A DNA stretch of 39,219 nt from an uncultured Eubacteriales bacterium. GTDB taxonomy: Bacteria > Bacillota > Clostridia > Oscillospirales > CAG-272. The position numbers and the translations under genes were made by a program. Under the pieces are notes generated by a model. The model had not been told where the DNA came from. It searched no databases and saw nothing but the letters and a program-made list of their open reading frames with translations. This document shows positions 24,432 through 32,459 of the stretch, in pieces (within the stretch, counting starts at the first letter, position 1; each line of letters begins with the position of its first letter). The stretch covers positions 1 through 39,219 of the forward strand of contig CAKSOR010000001.1 of the NCBI GenBank assembly GCA_934477985.1. The letters are read 5' to 3'.

Positions 24432-25706
24432 TCAAGCCATCCGTCTCAGCGTCTCCCAGTCGCGGCAGAAATCGGGATAGGATTTCGCCGTGCAGCTCAT
24501 GTCGTCGACGACAACCTCGCCGATGCATCCGACCGAAGCCGCCGCGGCTGCCATCGCTATCCGGTGATCGCCGAAGCTCTGAGCGAATCCGCCCGAGAGC
24601 CTGTCGCGCCCGGTGATCAGAAGCCCGTCGTCGGTCTCGCTGACCTCTCCGCCGAGCGAGCGCAGCATCGCGGCGGTCGAGGTTATCCGGTCGCTCTCCT
24701 TGAGCCTGAGCCTTCCGGCGTTGTATATCCTCGTAGTCCCCTCGGCGAACGCCGCCATGACCGCGAGCGCCGGGACGAGGTCGGGAATGTCGGCGGCGTC
24801 GATGTCCGAAGCGCGGAGTCTTCCCTTCTCCACTCTTATCGAGCCGCCATCAAAGGTCACCTTTCCGCCGAAGCGGTTGACTATTTTAAACAGCTTAAAG
24901 TCGCCCTGGCGGGTCGACGGGTCTATGCCCTTTATCGTCACGTCGCCGTTCACCGCCGCCGCGACCGCGAAGAACGCCGCCTGCGAACAGTCGCCGTCAA
25001 CCGCGAATTCAGTCGGTCTGAACGCGCCGGTCACCGCGTAGCTGTCAGCGGTTTCCGTGACCCCGATTCCGAATCGCCTCAGCATATCGACGGTCAGGTC
25101 GGCGTACGGACAGCTCTCTAATTTTGTCGTGAGTTTCACGCGTCCCTCTCCGACGACCGACAGCGCGAAGAGAAGCCCGGTCACAAACTGTGACGATACG
25201 TCTCCGCGCAGTGCGAACTCACCGCCTGAGAGCCTCCCTGAGATTCTCAGCGGCAGGAAATCACCGCCCCCTGGATAATCCATCGTGACGCCGTGCGCGG
25301 TCAGAAGCGGCTCGTAGAGCTTTGTGGTGCGCCTTGGAAGCCTTCCGTGCCCGACGAACTCGACGCTTCTTCCGAGCGCCGCCGCGAGCGGTATCATGAA
25401 CCGCAGAGTCGACGCCGACTCGCCGCAGTCGACAATAACGAAATCAGACGAAGGCGTGTCAGCGCTCTCAGCGCGCCCGAGCGGCTTTCCGGTCGTCATG
25501 ACGCCGGAGCCGAGATCGGCTTCGAAATCAGCCCCGAGCGCCCTCAGAGCCCCGAGCGTCGCGGTCATGTCGTCCGAGTGAGTGAGCGCGGTTATACGGC
25601 TGTTTCCGGCGAGCGCGGCGCAGATCATCGCGCGGTGCGCCTGACTCTTTGAAGCCGGGACGCGCACCTCGCCGCGCAGCTCACCGGGCGTGAATATTCC
25701 CTTCAT
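24432..25706 (-). CDS. aroA: 3-phosphoshikimate 1-carboxyvinyltransferase (EPSP synthase)
   Basis: 424 aa. The N-terminus LRGEVRVPASKSQAHRAMICAALA and LGALRALGA are typical of AroA. 4-nt overlap with aroB. Confidence 0.92.
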   Translation of the reverse strand: MKGIFTPGELRGEVRVPASKSQAHRAMICAALAGNSRITALTHSDDMTATLGALRALGADFEADLGSGVMTTGKPLGRAESADTPSSDFVIVDCGESASTLRFMIPLAAALGRSVEFVGHGRLPRRTTKLYEPLLTAHGVTMDYPGGGDFLPLRISGRLSGGEFALRGDVSSQFVTGLLFALSVVGEGRVKLTTKLESCPYADLTVDMLRRFGIGVTETADSYAVTGAFRPTEFAVDGDCSQAAFFAVAAAVNGDVTIKGIDPSTRQGDFKLFKIVNRFGGKVTFDGGSIRVEKGRLRASDIDAADIPDLVPALAVMAAFAEGTTRIYNAGRLRLKESDRITSTAAMLRSLGGEVSETDDGLLITGRDRLSGGFAQSFGDHRIAMAAAAASVGCIGEVVVDDMSCTAKSYPDFCRDWETLRRMA

Positions 25707-26740
25707 ATAAGCCTCCGCAGCTCGTCGAGCGGTATGTCGCGGACAATGGCGTGTCCGATGCGGTCGAGCAGGACGAACGAAACCGAGTTTCCGGTGCGCT
25801 TCTTGTCGGAGGACGCGACCTTCAGAAGCTCGTCCGCCGGATAGTCCATTACGGTCGGGAGCTCGTAAGCCTCGAGCGCCGCTTTGATTTTGTCGTAGTA
25901 AGCCGGATAACCGAGTTTCTCGCCGATCTCAGCCGCGTAGAGCATGCCGATGCCGACCGACTCGCCGTGCGAGAAACGCTCGAAATTGCCGAGCTTCTCG
26001 ACCGCGTGACCGATAGTGTGACCGTAGTTCAGAATCTTTCTGAGTCCGCCCTCAAACTCGTCCTTCGTGACTACGTCAGCCTTGAACGCGGCACATCTTG
26101 TTATCATCTCAGCGCGCGAGATCGTCTTCGACGCGATGCCGTCGAAAAGCTCCTCATCGGCGATACATCCGGTCTTTATCGCCTCGCCCATGCCGTCGTC
26201 GATGAAGCGCTTCGGCAGAGTATCGAGGAATCTGCTGTCCGAGATGACCGCGACCGGCTGATGAAACGCGCCGACAAGGTTCTTTCCGACATCGAGATCG
26301 ACGCCGGTCTTGCCGCCGATCGACGAGTCTATCTGCGAAAGCAGCGTCGTCGGTATCTGCAACACGTCGACTCCGCGCAGATAGGTCGCCGCGGCGAATC
26401 CGCCCATGTCGCCGGTGACTCCGCCGCCGAGCGCTATCACGAGCGACTTTCTCGTAAGCTCAGCCCCGGCGAACGACTCGTACATCAGAGAGACCGTGCC
26501 GAGGTTCTTGTACACCTCACCAGCCGGGAAGACAAACTCCCCGGCGAAGTTCACGCCGATGTCAGAGAGCGCCGCGCGGAGCTTTTTGCCGTGAAGCGGA
26601 TAGACGCTGCTGTCAGACACAGCGAACACCCGGTCGTATTTTTTACTCCCGAAGAACTCACCGAGCGCCGCGTTTAAAATATCCTCGCCGACGTAGATGA
26701 AATATTCACCCGACGAATGCTTTACCCTTATCTTTTCCAT
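25703..26740 (-). CDS. aroB: 3-dehydroquinate synthase
   Basis: Start moved to the second ATG (26740) because AGGAGGA lies between the two ATGs. LGGGVTGDMGGFAAATYLRGVDVLQIPTTLLSQIDSSIGGKTGVDL...GKNLVGAFHQP. Confidence 0.9.
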   Translation of the reverse strand: MEKIRVKHSSGEYFIYVGEDILNAALGEFFGSKKYDRVFAVSDSSVYPLHGKKLRAALSDIGVNFAGEFVFPAGEVYKNLGTVSLMYESFAGAELTRKSLVIALGGGVTGDMGGFAAATYLRGVDVLQIPTTLLSQIDSSIGGKTGVDLDVGKNLVGAFHQPVAVISDSRFLDTLPKRFIDDGMGEAIKTGCIADEELFDGIASKTISRAEMITRCAAFKADVVTKDEFEGGLRKILNYGHTIGHAVEKLGNFERFSHGESVGIGMLYAAEIGEKLGYPAYYDKIKAALEAYELPTVMDYPADELLKVASSDKKRTGNSVSFVLLDRIGHAIVRDIPLDELRRLI

Positions 26741-26748
26741 TTTCCTCC

Positions 26749-27591
26749 TCATTCAATTCTGAATTTCAGGCTTATGTCGAGCGCGCGGACCGAATGAGTC
26801 AGCGCTCCGATGCTTATGAGATCGACTCCGCAGGCGGCAACCTCGAAGAGATTCCGGTCGCCCATGTTGCCCGACGCCTCGGTAAGAGCCCGTCCGGCGA
26901 CTATCTGAACCGCCTTCGTCATGTCCTCGCAGTTCATGTTGTCGAGCATGATGATGTCAGCCCCGGCTTCGAGAGCTTCGTTCAGTTCCTCGAAGGTCTC
27001 GACCTCGACCTCGATTTTGAGCGTGTGCGGAGCGTTCGCGCGCGCCGCCTTCACAGCCGCCGTTATTGAGCCAGCCGCGACGATGTGGTTGTCTTTTATG
27101 AGAATTCCGTCGGCTAAATTGAAGCGGTGATTCGTTCCGCCGCCGACCTTGACCGCGTATTTCTCGATGACGCGCAGTCCGGGAGTCGTCTTGCGGGTGT
27201 CGCAGATCTTCGCCTGAGTGCCCTCGACCTGCTTCACTGCCTCGGCGGTGCGGGTCGCGATGCCCGACATTCTCTGCATGAGATTCAGTCCGGTGCGCTC
27301 GCCGGTCAGTACGTTCGTCGCCTTGCCGCGAACCTCGGCGATTATCTCGCCCTTCTCTATGCGGTCGCCGTCCTTTTTGAGCGCCGTGAACTCAATCGAC
27401 GGGTCGATCAGCTCGAAAACCCGCTCCGCGACGCCGATTCCGCAGAGCACGCCGCTCTCCTTCGCCTTGTAGAGTCCGTGCGCTACGCGATCCTCGGGAA
27501 TCGTAGACTCGGTCGTGATGTCGCCCGTGCCGACGTCCTCGTCGAGCGCGTTCAGAATTATCCTGTCAAGTGTCTGTCCGAAAAGGTACAT
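26749..27591 (-). CDS. nadC: Nicotinate-nucleotide pyrophosphorylase (quinolinate phosphoribosyltransferase)
   Basis: 280 aa. LDEDVGTGDITTES, TRKTTPGLRVIEKYAVKVGGGTNHRFNLADGILIKDNH, IMLDNM. Confidence 0.92.
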   Translation of the reverse strand: MYLFGQTLDRIILNALDEDVGTGDITTESTIPEDRVAHGLYKAKESGVLCGIGVAERVFELIDPSIEFTALKKDGDRIEKGEIIAEVRGKATNVLTGERTGLNLMQRMSGIATRTAEAVKQVEGTQAKICDTRKTTPGLRVIEKYAVKVGGGTNHRFNLADGILIKDNHIVAAGSITAAVKAARANAPHTLKIEVEVETFEELNEALEAGADIIMLDNMNCEDMTKAVQIVAGRALTEASGNMGDRNLFEVAACGVDLISIGALTHSVRALDISLKFRIE

Positions 27592-27603
27592 TTGTCTTCT
27601 CCT

Positions 27604-28536
27604 TTACTTTATCGCGACCATCCGCTCGAGCGGAAGTCTCGCGGCTTCGATCTCTTCGTCGGTCATATGTATCTCATGCTCCCCGGTCTCAAGCGCGTTC
27701 AGCACGTCAGAGAGCCGGGTCTTCTTCATATCCGAGCAGATCAGATATGGCGTCAGCAGGTGATACTTCTTCTCGGGGTGGTAGTATTCCAGCCGCTCGA
27801 CGACTCCGACCTCAGTGCCGATTATGTACTCCTTGCCGCCGGTCTTCACGCAGTAGTCGATTATCTGCGAGGTGCTTCCGATGAAGTCGGCGCACGAGAG
27901 AACCTCCTCCTCGCACTCGGGATGAACCGCGAGGAGCGCGCCGGGATGCGCCGCCTTTGCCTTTTCGACCTCGTCAGGCGTGATGTTCTTGTGCGTCGGG
28001 CAGAATCCCGAGTGCAGGATGAACTCCTTCTCGGGGACGAGCTTTGAGATATATCCGCCGAGATTCTTGTCGGGAACAAAGATTATCTGCCTGTTCGGGA
28101 GGCTCTTCACGACCTTCAGCGCGTTCGACGAGGTGCAGCAGATATCGGAAACCGCCTTGGTCGCCGCCGACGAGTTGACATAGCAGACAACCGCCGCGTC
28201 GGGGTATCTTTCGCGCAGCGACTTTATATCCTCCGGCGTCACCATGTCAGCCATGCGGCATCCCGCGTCGGCGCGCGGGAGCACAACCTTCTTCGTCGGG
28301 TTGAGTATCTTCGCGCTCTCAGCCATGAAGCTGACTCCGCAGAAGATTATGAGCTCGTTTTCGGCGTTCTTCGCCCTTTTAGCGAGCTCAAATGAATCGC
28401 CGAAGAAGTCGGCGACCTGCTGTATCTCGAGCCGCTGATAGTAGTGCGCTAAGATAAGCGCGTTCTTTTCTTTCTTAAGACGCAGTATCTCGTCCGAAAG
28501 TTCCTTTATGTTATCGCTTGTCATCTGTTTCTCCAT
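27604..28536 (-). CDS. nadA: Quinolinate synthase
   Basis: 310 aa. ALILAHYYQ, FFGDSFELA, IIFCGVSFMAESAKIL, CRMADMV, YVNSSAATKA, CTSSNA, HPEC are typical NadA blocks. Confidence 0.92.
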   Translation of the reverse strand: MEKQMTSDNIKELSDEILRLKKEKNALILAHYYQRLEIQQVADFFGDSFELAKRAKNAENELIIFCGVSFMAESAKILNPTKKVVLPRADAGCRMADMVTPEDIKSLRERYPDAAVVCYVNSSAATKAVSDICCTSSNALKVVKSLPNRQIIFVPDKNLGGYISKLVPEKEFILHSGFCPTHKNITPDEVEKAKAAHPGALLAVHPECEEEVLSCADFIGSTSQIIDYCVKTGGKEYIIGTEVGVVERLEYYHPEKKYHLLTPYLICSDMKKTRLSDVLNALETGEHEIHMTDEEIEAARLPLERMVAIK

Positions 28537-28547
28537 TCAAATTCATT

Positions 28548-29201
28548 TCAGCTGACGAACCGCAGGCTGATCGGCGCGTTGCTGGTTATCACACTCAGTC
28601 TGCCCGGCTGACCCTCATCGGGAGTTCCGGGAAGATCGTTCTTCGCGTTTTTCGTGTGACTCTCGATGAAATAATCGCGCCGGTCGCCCTTTATCGTCCC
28701 GCTGACCGCGCCGTTCGAGGTCTCGAGCGCGATGTTCCGGCTCACGATGCCATCGACCTTCACCGGAGCGTTCCTTGTGACGGCGGTGAGACTGCCGCAT
28801 TCGACGCCGTCAAGCCTTATCGGAGCGTTTATCGTACCGAACTCAACGTTCGCGAGCACCGGAAGCGGGTCAACCGAAACCGGAGCGTTCTGCCCCTCGA
28901 CCGTGAGATCGCCGTGAAATTCCTCCGGGAGCTCGACTCTGACCCTCCCGGAACAGGAAACCCGCGAGAAGAGCGTCCCGTCCCTCTTTTTTCTGTGCTG
29001 GAGCGTCCAGACGCCATCCTGAGTCCCGGCGCTTATAATATCGCTCTCGTCGGTCTCGGTGAAAAGAACCCTGAGCGTGCCGCCCGGTACCGGCTTCACC
29101 TCGATCGGCAGAGCCGCGGCTTCGATAATGACCCCGCGCACCGACGCGAGATCAGCCGTATATTCCTTCGGCGAGCGTCCCGCCGACTCGTTTGTTTTCA
29201 T
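28548..29201 (-). CDS. DUF4097-like beta-strand-repeat protein (putative adhesin family), first gene of the operon
   Basis: 217 aa with RBS GGAAGGAAG. Repeated NAP[VI] strand motifs are present (QNAPVSV, INAPIRL, RNAPVKV, SNGAVSG, SNAPISL). The antisense ORF 28518..29252 is Arg-rich and is rejected. Confidence 0.72.
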   Translation of the reverse strand: MKTNESAGRSPKEYTADLASVRGVIIEAAALPIEVKPVPGGTLRVLFTETDESDIISAGTQDGVWTLQHRKKRDGTLFSRVSCSGRVRVELPEEFHGDLTVEGQNAPVSVDPLPVLANVEFGTINAPIRLDGVECGSLTAVTRNAPVKVDGIVSRNIALETSNGAVSGTIKGDRRDYFIESHTKNAKNDLPGTPDEGQPGRLSVITSNAPISLRFVS

Positions 29202-29253
29202 TTTGTGCTTCTTCCTTCCAGCCGGAAACCGGCGCGTATAAGTATACTATAAT

Positions 29254-29282
29254 ATAATACCACATCCCGGGCGATTTTGCAA
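29254..29282 (-). promoter_or_regulatory. Promoter of the DUF4097-nad-aro-ispE operon: TTGCAA (29282-29277), 17 nt, extended TGG-TATTAT (29259-29254)
   Basis: Read on the reverse complement. About 45 nt upstream of ATG 29201. Confidence 0.55.
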
Positions 29283-29404
29283 TACTAACACGATAAAATT
29301 CATCTGATTTTCAAATTTCGTGAGCGTTCGTCAGAAAGCCGTCACGTTTCTTGGACAATATGTTAATTTTATAGTTCGCAGATGGAAATATATTCTTTTT
29401 CCCC

Positions 29405-29433
29405 TTGACAAAAAACACGCGATGGATTAAAAT
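29405..29433 (+). promoter_or_regulatory. Promoter of the AI-2E transporter gene: TTGACA (29405-29410), 17 nt, TAAAAT (29428-29433)
   Basis: Read directly. GGAGGAAAG (29452-29460) precedes the TTG start at 29464. Confidence 0.55.
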
Positions 29434-29463
29434 TAAAGCATCTTATATTCCGGAGGAAAGATT

Positions 29464-30849
29464 TTGAAAATCGACTGGAACCAAAAATACACGACGATCG
29501 CCGTCTATACAATCCTGTCCTCGCTCGTCATAATACTTATAGTAGCCGCCGTGATGAACTTCCCGGTAATCGGCGCGGCGATAGGAAAGCTCAACTCGAT
29601 ACTGACTCCGGTCTGGTACGGGCTGATCATCGCCTACCTCGCAAACCCGATACTCAAATTCTGTGAGAAACACATCTTCCGCTTCAAGATAACCACAAAG
29701 CGCCAGAAAGGCACAAAACGCGCGCTTTCGATAGTGCTTACCCTGATCATCATCCTGATGATACTGACCATCCTGCTGCTCCTGATCATCCCTCAGGTCT
29801 ATCTGAGCGCAGCCGACTTCTCGAGCAAGCTGGGCGGATATATACAGAGCACAACAAAGCTGATAAACGAGTTTACCGCGAAGCTTGACGCGATATTCGA
29901 GAGTTCGGTTCTCTCCGAGATATTCGGAAACGACGTCAACACGGTGAGCGATTTTTTCAACAAATATATTGACCTTGAGAAGCTCTCAGCGGCGTTCCAG
30001 GACATGATAGCCGAGCTGACCGTCACGATCAAGGATCACTTCCCGCAGGTCGTCGGCATCTTCTCAGGGATAGCCAGCGGCTTCCTGAACGCAGTCCTTG
30101 GCATCTGCTTCTCGATCTACTTCCTGGCGTCAAAGGAAAAGCTCGTCGCGCAGCTTAAAAAGCTCCTCAGGTCGGTTACGAGCCAGAACGCATACAACAG
30201 CGTCCTTGAGCTCTGCAACTTCACCGACAAGACCTTCGGCAGCTTCATAACCGGAGAGATACTCGACTCGCTGATAGTCGGCGTACTCTGTTTCATTGTC
30301 TGCGCGATCTGCCGGATACCCTACGCGGTGCTCATCGGCGTGATCGTCGGCGTTACGAATATCATCCCGGTCGCCGGACCCTTCATCGGCGCTATTCCGA
30401 GCTTTCTGATCATCTTCATCGTCGACCCGGTGAAGGCGCTGTGGTTCGCGGTGATAATCCTCATTATCCAGCAGATGGACGGAAACGTCATCAAGCCGAA
30501 GATCCTCGGACAGACGACCGGACTCGCGTCGCTCTGGGTGCTCTTCTCGATCACCGTCATGGGCGGACTGATGGGGCTTGTCGGCATGATAATCGCCGTC
30601 CCGCTCTTCTCGATACTCTATTCGCTCTTAAAGATCGCGGTCGAAAAAAAGCTCGCGAAGCGTGAGCTCCCGACGGCGACGGTCGACTATTACGCCGGGG
30701 TCGAGGACAGAACGCTGACCGACGACGACTCGCACACATTAGCGGCAAAGCTTGCGGGTCTGACCGCCGGGCTGGGCGGAAATCCGATCGGCGCTAAGAT
30801 AAAGGGGCTCTGGGCGAAACTCAAGGGGAAAAAGAAGAAAAAGAAATAA
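29464..30849 (+). CDS. AI-2E family transporter (PerM/UPF0118)
   Basis: 461 aa with a TTG start and a strong RBS. It is multi-TM, and IPYAVLIGVIVGVTNIIPVAGPFIGAIPSFLI...QQMDGNVIKPKILG is the conserved AI-2E core. Poly-Lys C-terminus. Confidence 0.88.
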   Translation: MKIDWNQKYTTIAVYTILSSLVIILIVAAVMNFPVIGAAIGKLNSILTPVWYGLIIAYLANPILKFCEKHIFRFKITTKRQKGTKRALSIVLTLIIILMILTILLLLIIPQVYLSAADFSSKLGGYIQSTTKLINEFTAKLDAIFESSVLSEIFGNDVNTVSDFFNKYIDLEKLSAAFQDMIAELTVTIKDHFPQVVGIFSGIASGFLNAVLGICFSIYFLASKEKLVAQLKKLLRSVTSQNAYNSVLELCNFTDKTFGSFITGEILDSLIVGVLCFIVCAICRIPYAVLIGVIVGVTNIIPVAGPFIGAIPSFLIIFIVDPVKALWFAVIILIIQQMDGNVIKPKILGQTTGLASLWVLFSITVMGGLMGLVGMIIAVPLFSILYSLLKIAVEKKLAKRELPTATVDYYAGVEDRTLTDDDSHTLAAKLAGLTAGLGGNPIGAKIKGLWAKLKGKKKKKK

Positions 30850-30857
30850 AAAGAAAA

Positions 30858-30949
30858 AAGAGTGAAGAAGCAGGATGACAGACTTCCGCAGGTCGCCCGG
30901 CAGAACCGTGAGCTCAGCGTCTGCCAGGAATATCTGCTTCTTCACTCTT
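30858..30949. repeat. Perfect 16-bp inverted repeat with 60-nt spacer; probable long-loop bidirectional terminator
   Basis: AAGAGTGAAGAAGCAG (30858-30873) is the exact reverse complement of 30934-30949. It is flanked by an A-run upstream and CACTTTTAA downstream. The spacer has its own GGCAG/CTGCC pairings. It lies between the convergent AI-2E and hicB genes. Confidence 0.6.
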
Positions 30950-30954
30950 CACTT

Positions 30955-31353
30955 TTAATATATCCCGAGCTGCTTCACAAGCGCGTCTTGCAAGACCTTT
31001 GAGAAGTTGATATTCCGCTTCTCAGCCGCGGTGTTCAGCCACGAAGGGATAGTGCAGTTCTTTCGGACGGCGCGGCTTCCATATTTGGCGGCGCACACAT
31101 CCATATCGAGCACGATGAGGTCGGTAAAATCGCCCTTTTCGACCGCTATGTCGGTCATCCTCGAGGCGCTCGGCAGTTGGCTGCCATCCTCCAGCTCGTC
31201 GATCAGCCAGCCGCCAGCGGCTTCCTGAGCGTTCTCGATGGCTTCGCAAAGGCTGTGTCCCTCGGTCACACAACCGGGAAGATCAGGAAAAGTCACGCAG
31301 TATCCGGGATTCTCTTCTAAAGGCGAAAATACCGCCGGGTATATGAGTTTCAT
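30955..31353 (-). CDS. hicB: HicB family antitoxin
   Basis: 132 aa. YPAVFSPLEENPGYCVTFPDLPGCVTEGHSLCEAIENAQEAAGGWL is the HicB/UPF0150 fold signature. There is a C-terminal RHH-like tail. TAATG overlap with hicA. Confidence 0.9.
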   Translation of the reverse strand: MKLIYPAVFSPLEENPGYCVTFPDLPGCVTEGHSLCEAIENAQEAAGGWLIDELEDGSQLPSASRMTDIAVEKGDFTDLIVLDMDVCAAKYGSRAVRKNCTIPSWLNTAAEKRNINFSKVLQDALVKQLGIY

Positions 31354-31553
31354 TATTTATTTCCCTCCTTTGGGTCGATGCCCGCTTGCTTCATTATTGA
31401 GCGCGCGGTCTTAATATCGAGGTCTCCGCCATGCTTTGGCACAGTCACCTTGCCCGGCTTCGACGGATGTATGTACTGGTTATGCGAGCCACGGCAGCTC
31501 TTGAATATCCATCCATTGTCGAGAAGCAGCCGCTCTATCTCTTTGAACTTCAT
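31353..31553 (-). CDS. hicA: HicA family mRNA-interferase toxin
   Basis: 66 aa. MKFKEIERLLLDNGWIFKSCRGSHNQYIHPSKPGKVTVPKHGGDLDIKTARSIMKQAGI matches the HicA consensus (GSH...H...VTVP.H...L..GT...I.KQAG). Confidence 0.9.
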   Translation of the reverse strand: MKFKEIERLLLDNGWIFKSCRGSHNQYIHPSKPGKVTVPKHGGDLDIKTARSIMKQAGIDPKEGNK

Positions 31554-31583
31554 GCCATTACCTCATTCTCTATCAGTATATTT

Positions 31584-31612
31584 ATTATAGCACGTATTAT
31601 GCGCATTGTCAA
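31584..31612 (-). promoter_or_regulatory. hicAB promoter: perfect TTGACA (31612-31607), 17 nt, TGC-TATAAT (31589-31584)
   Basis: Read on the reverse complement. Both hexamers are exact consensus. Confidence 0.65.
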
Positions 31613-31683
31613 TAGTTTTTTCATCATTCAAACAAGCGTCTTTATTTATGCAAAAAAACAATGTTTTGATTCGGATTTTCTCA

Positions 31684-31712
31684 TTGACAAATCCCGCGCC
31701 GAGTGGTATAAT
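31684..31712 (+). promoter_or_regulatory. Promoter of the esterase/GH78-like pair: TTGACA (31684-31689), 17 nt, extended TGG-TATAAT (31704-31712)
   Basis: Read directly. Confidence 0.6.
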
Positions 31713-31747
31713 ATACCTATCTTACCCCCCCCGAAAGGAACAAACAA

Positions 31748-32449
31748 ATGAAAGTATTTCTGATGATGGGTCAGTCGAATATGGCAGGTCGCGGCGACCC
31801 GCGCGACATCCCTCCGCTGCCCTCCACACACGCCTTTGTGCTCCGCAACGGCAAGTGGCAGCCGATGACCGAGCCGATCAACATCGACCGCCCGATAAAG
31901 TTCACCGGAGCTATGGGCACCAACAGCGGCGTAGGTCCTGCCGCGTCATTCGCCGCCGCATACGCGAAGGAATTCGGCGAGGACATCGGACTTGTCCCCT
32001 GCGCCGAGGGCGGAAGCTCGCTTGAGGACTGGAAGGTCGACGGTCAGCTCTTTCTGAACGCATACTATCAGGCGAAACTCGCGTCAAACGTAGGCGAGCT
32101 CACCGGAATCATCTGGCATCAGGGCGAGGCTGAGTGTTCGTCCCCCGACCGCGCCTTCACCTACAAGGAGCGCTTTCTCGCGATAATGGACGAGCTCCAG
32201 AAGCGCCTCGGCGTCGAGCTTAAAATAGTTGTCGGCGAGATCGGCTGGTTCTTCATAGAGCACTCCGGCAAGCCAAAATACGTAAGCGACGTCAACAAGG
32301 CGCTGAACGACCTTGCCGCCGGGCACAAGAACATCGCCATCGCAAGCTCCGAGGGACTTTCTGACCGCGGCGATCTTCTGCACTTCAACGCTGAGAGCCA
32401 GCGCGAGTTCGGTCGCCGCTACTTCGAAGCATACAAGACACTTCTCTGA
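31748..32449 (+). CDS. SGNH/DUF303 carbohydrate esterase (sialate O-acetylesterase-like)
   Basis: 233 aa. The N-terminus FLMMGQSNMAGRG (GQSNM nucleophile block), CAEGGSSLEDW and IIWHQGEAE are typical of the DUF303 esterase family. Confidence 0.82.
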   Translation: MKVFLMMGQSNMAGRGDPRDIPPLPSTHAFVLRNGKWQPMTEPINIDRPIKFTGAMGTNSGVGPAASFAAAYAKEFGEDIGLVPCAEGGSSLEDWKVDGQLFLNAYYQAKLASNVGELTGIIWHQGEAECSSPDRAFTYKERFLAIMDELQKRLGVELKIVVGEIGWFFIEHSGKPKYVSDVNKALNDLAAGHKNIAIASSEGLSDRGDLLHFNAESQREFGRRYFEAYKTLL

Positions 32450-32459
32450 GGAGGATTTT

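Noticed and set aside
18313-29252. Series of long plus-strand ORFs: 18313..19002, 18815..19672, 21615..22316, 23252..24235, 24423..25121, 25751..26677, 27127..28047, 28518..29252
   Set aside because: All lie antisense to confidently identified minus-strand genes (FAD oxidoreductase, the 271-aa hypothetical, DUF362, nadB, aroA, aroB, nadC/nadA, DUF4097). All have the Arg/Val/Gly-rich shadow-frame composition.
30826-30857. A-rich run encoding the poly-Lys tail (KGKKKKKK) of the AI-2E transporter, considered as a slippery or repeat element
   Set aside because: It is in frame, ends at a normal TAA, and merges with the A-tract of the downstream terminator-like repeat. Nothing indicates frameshifting.
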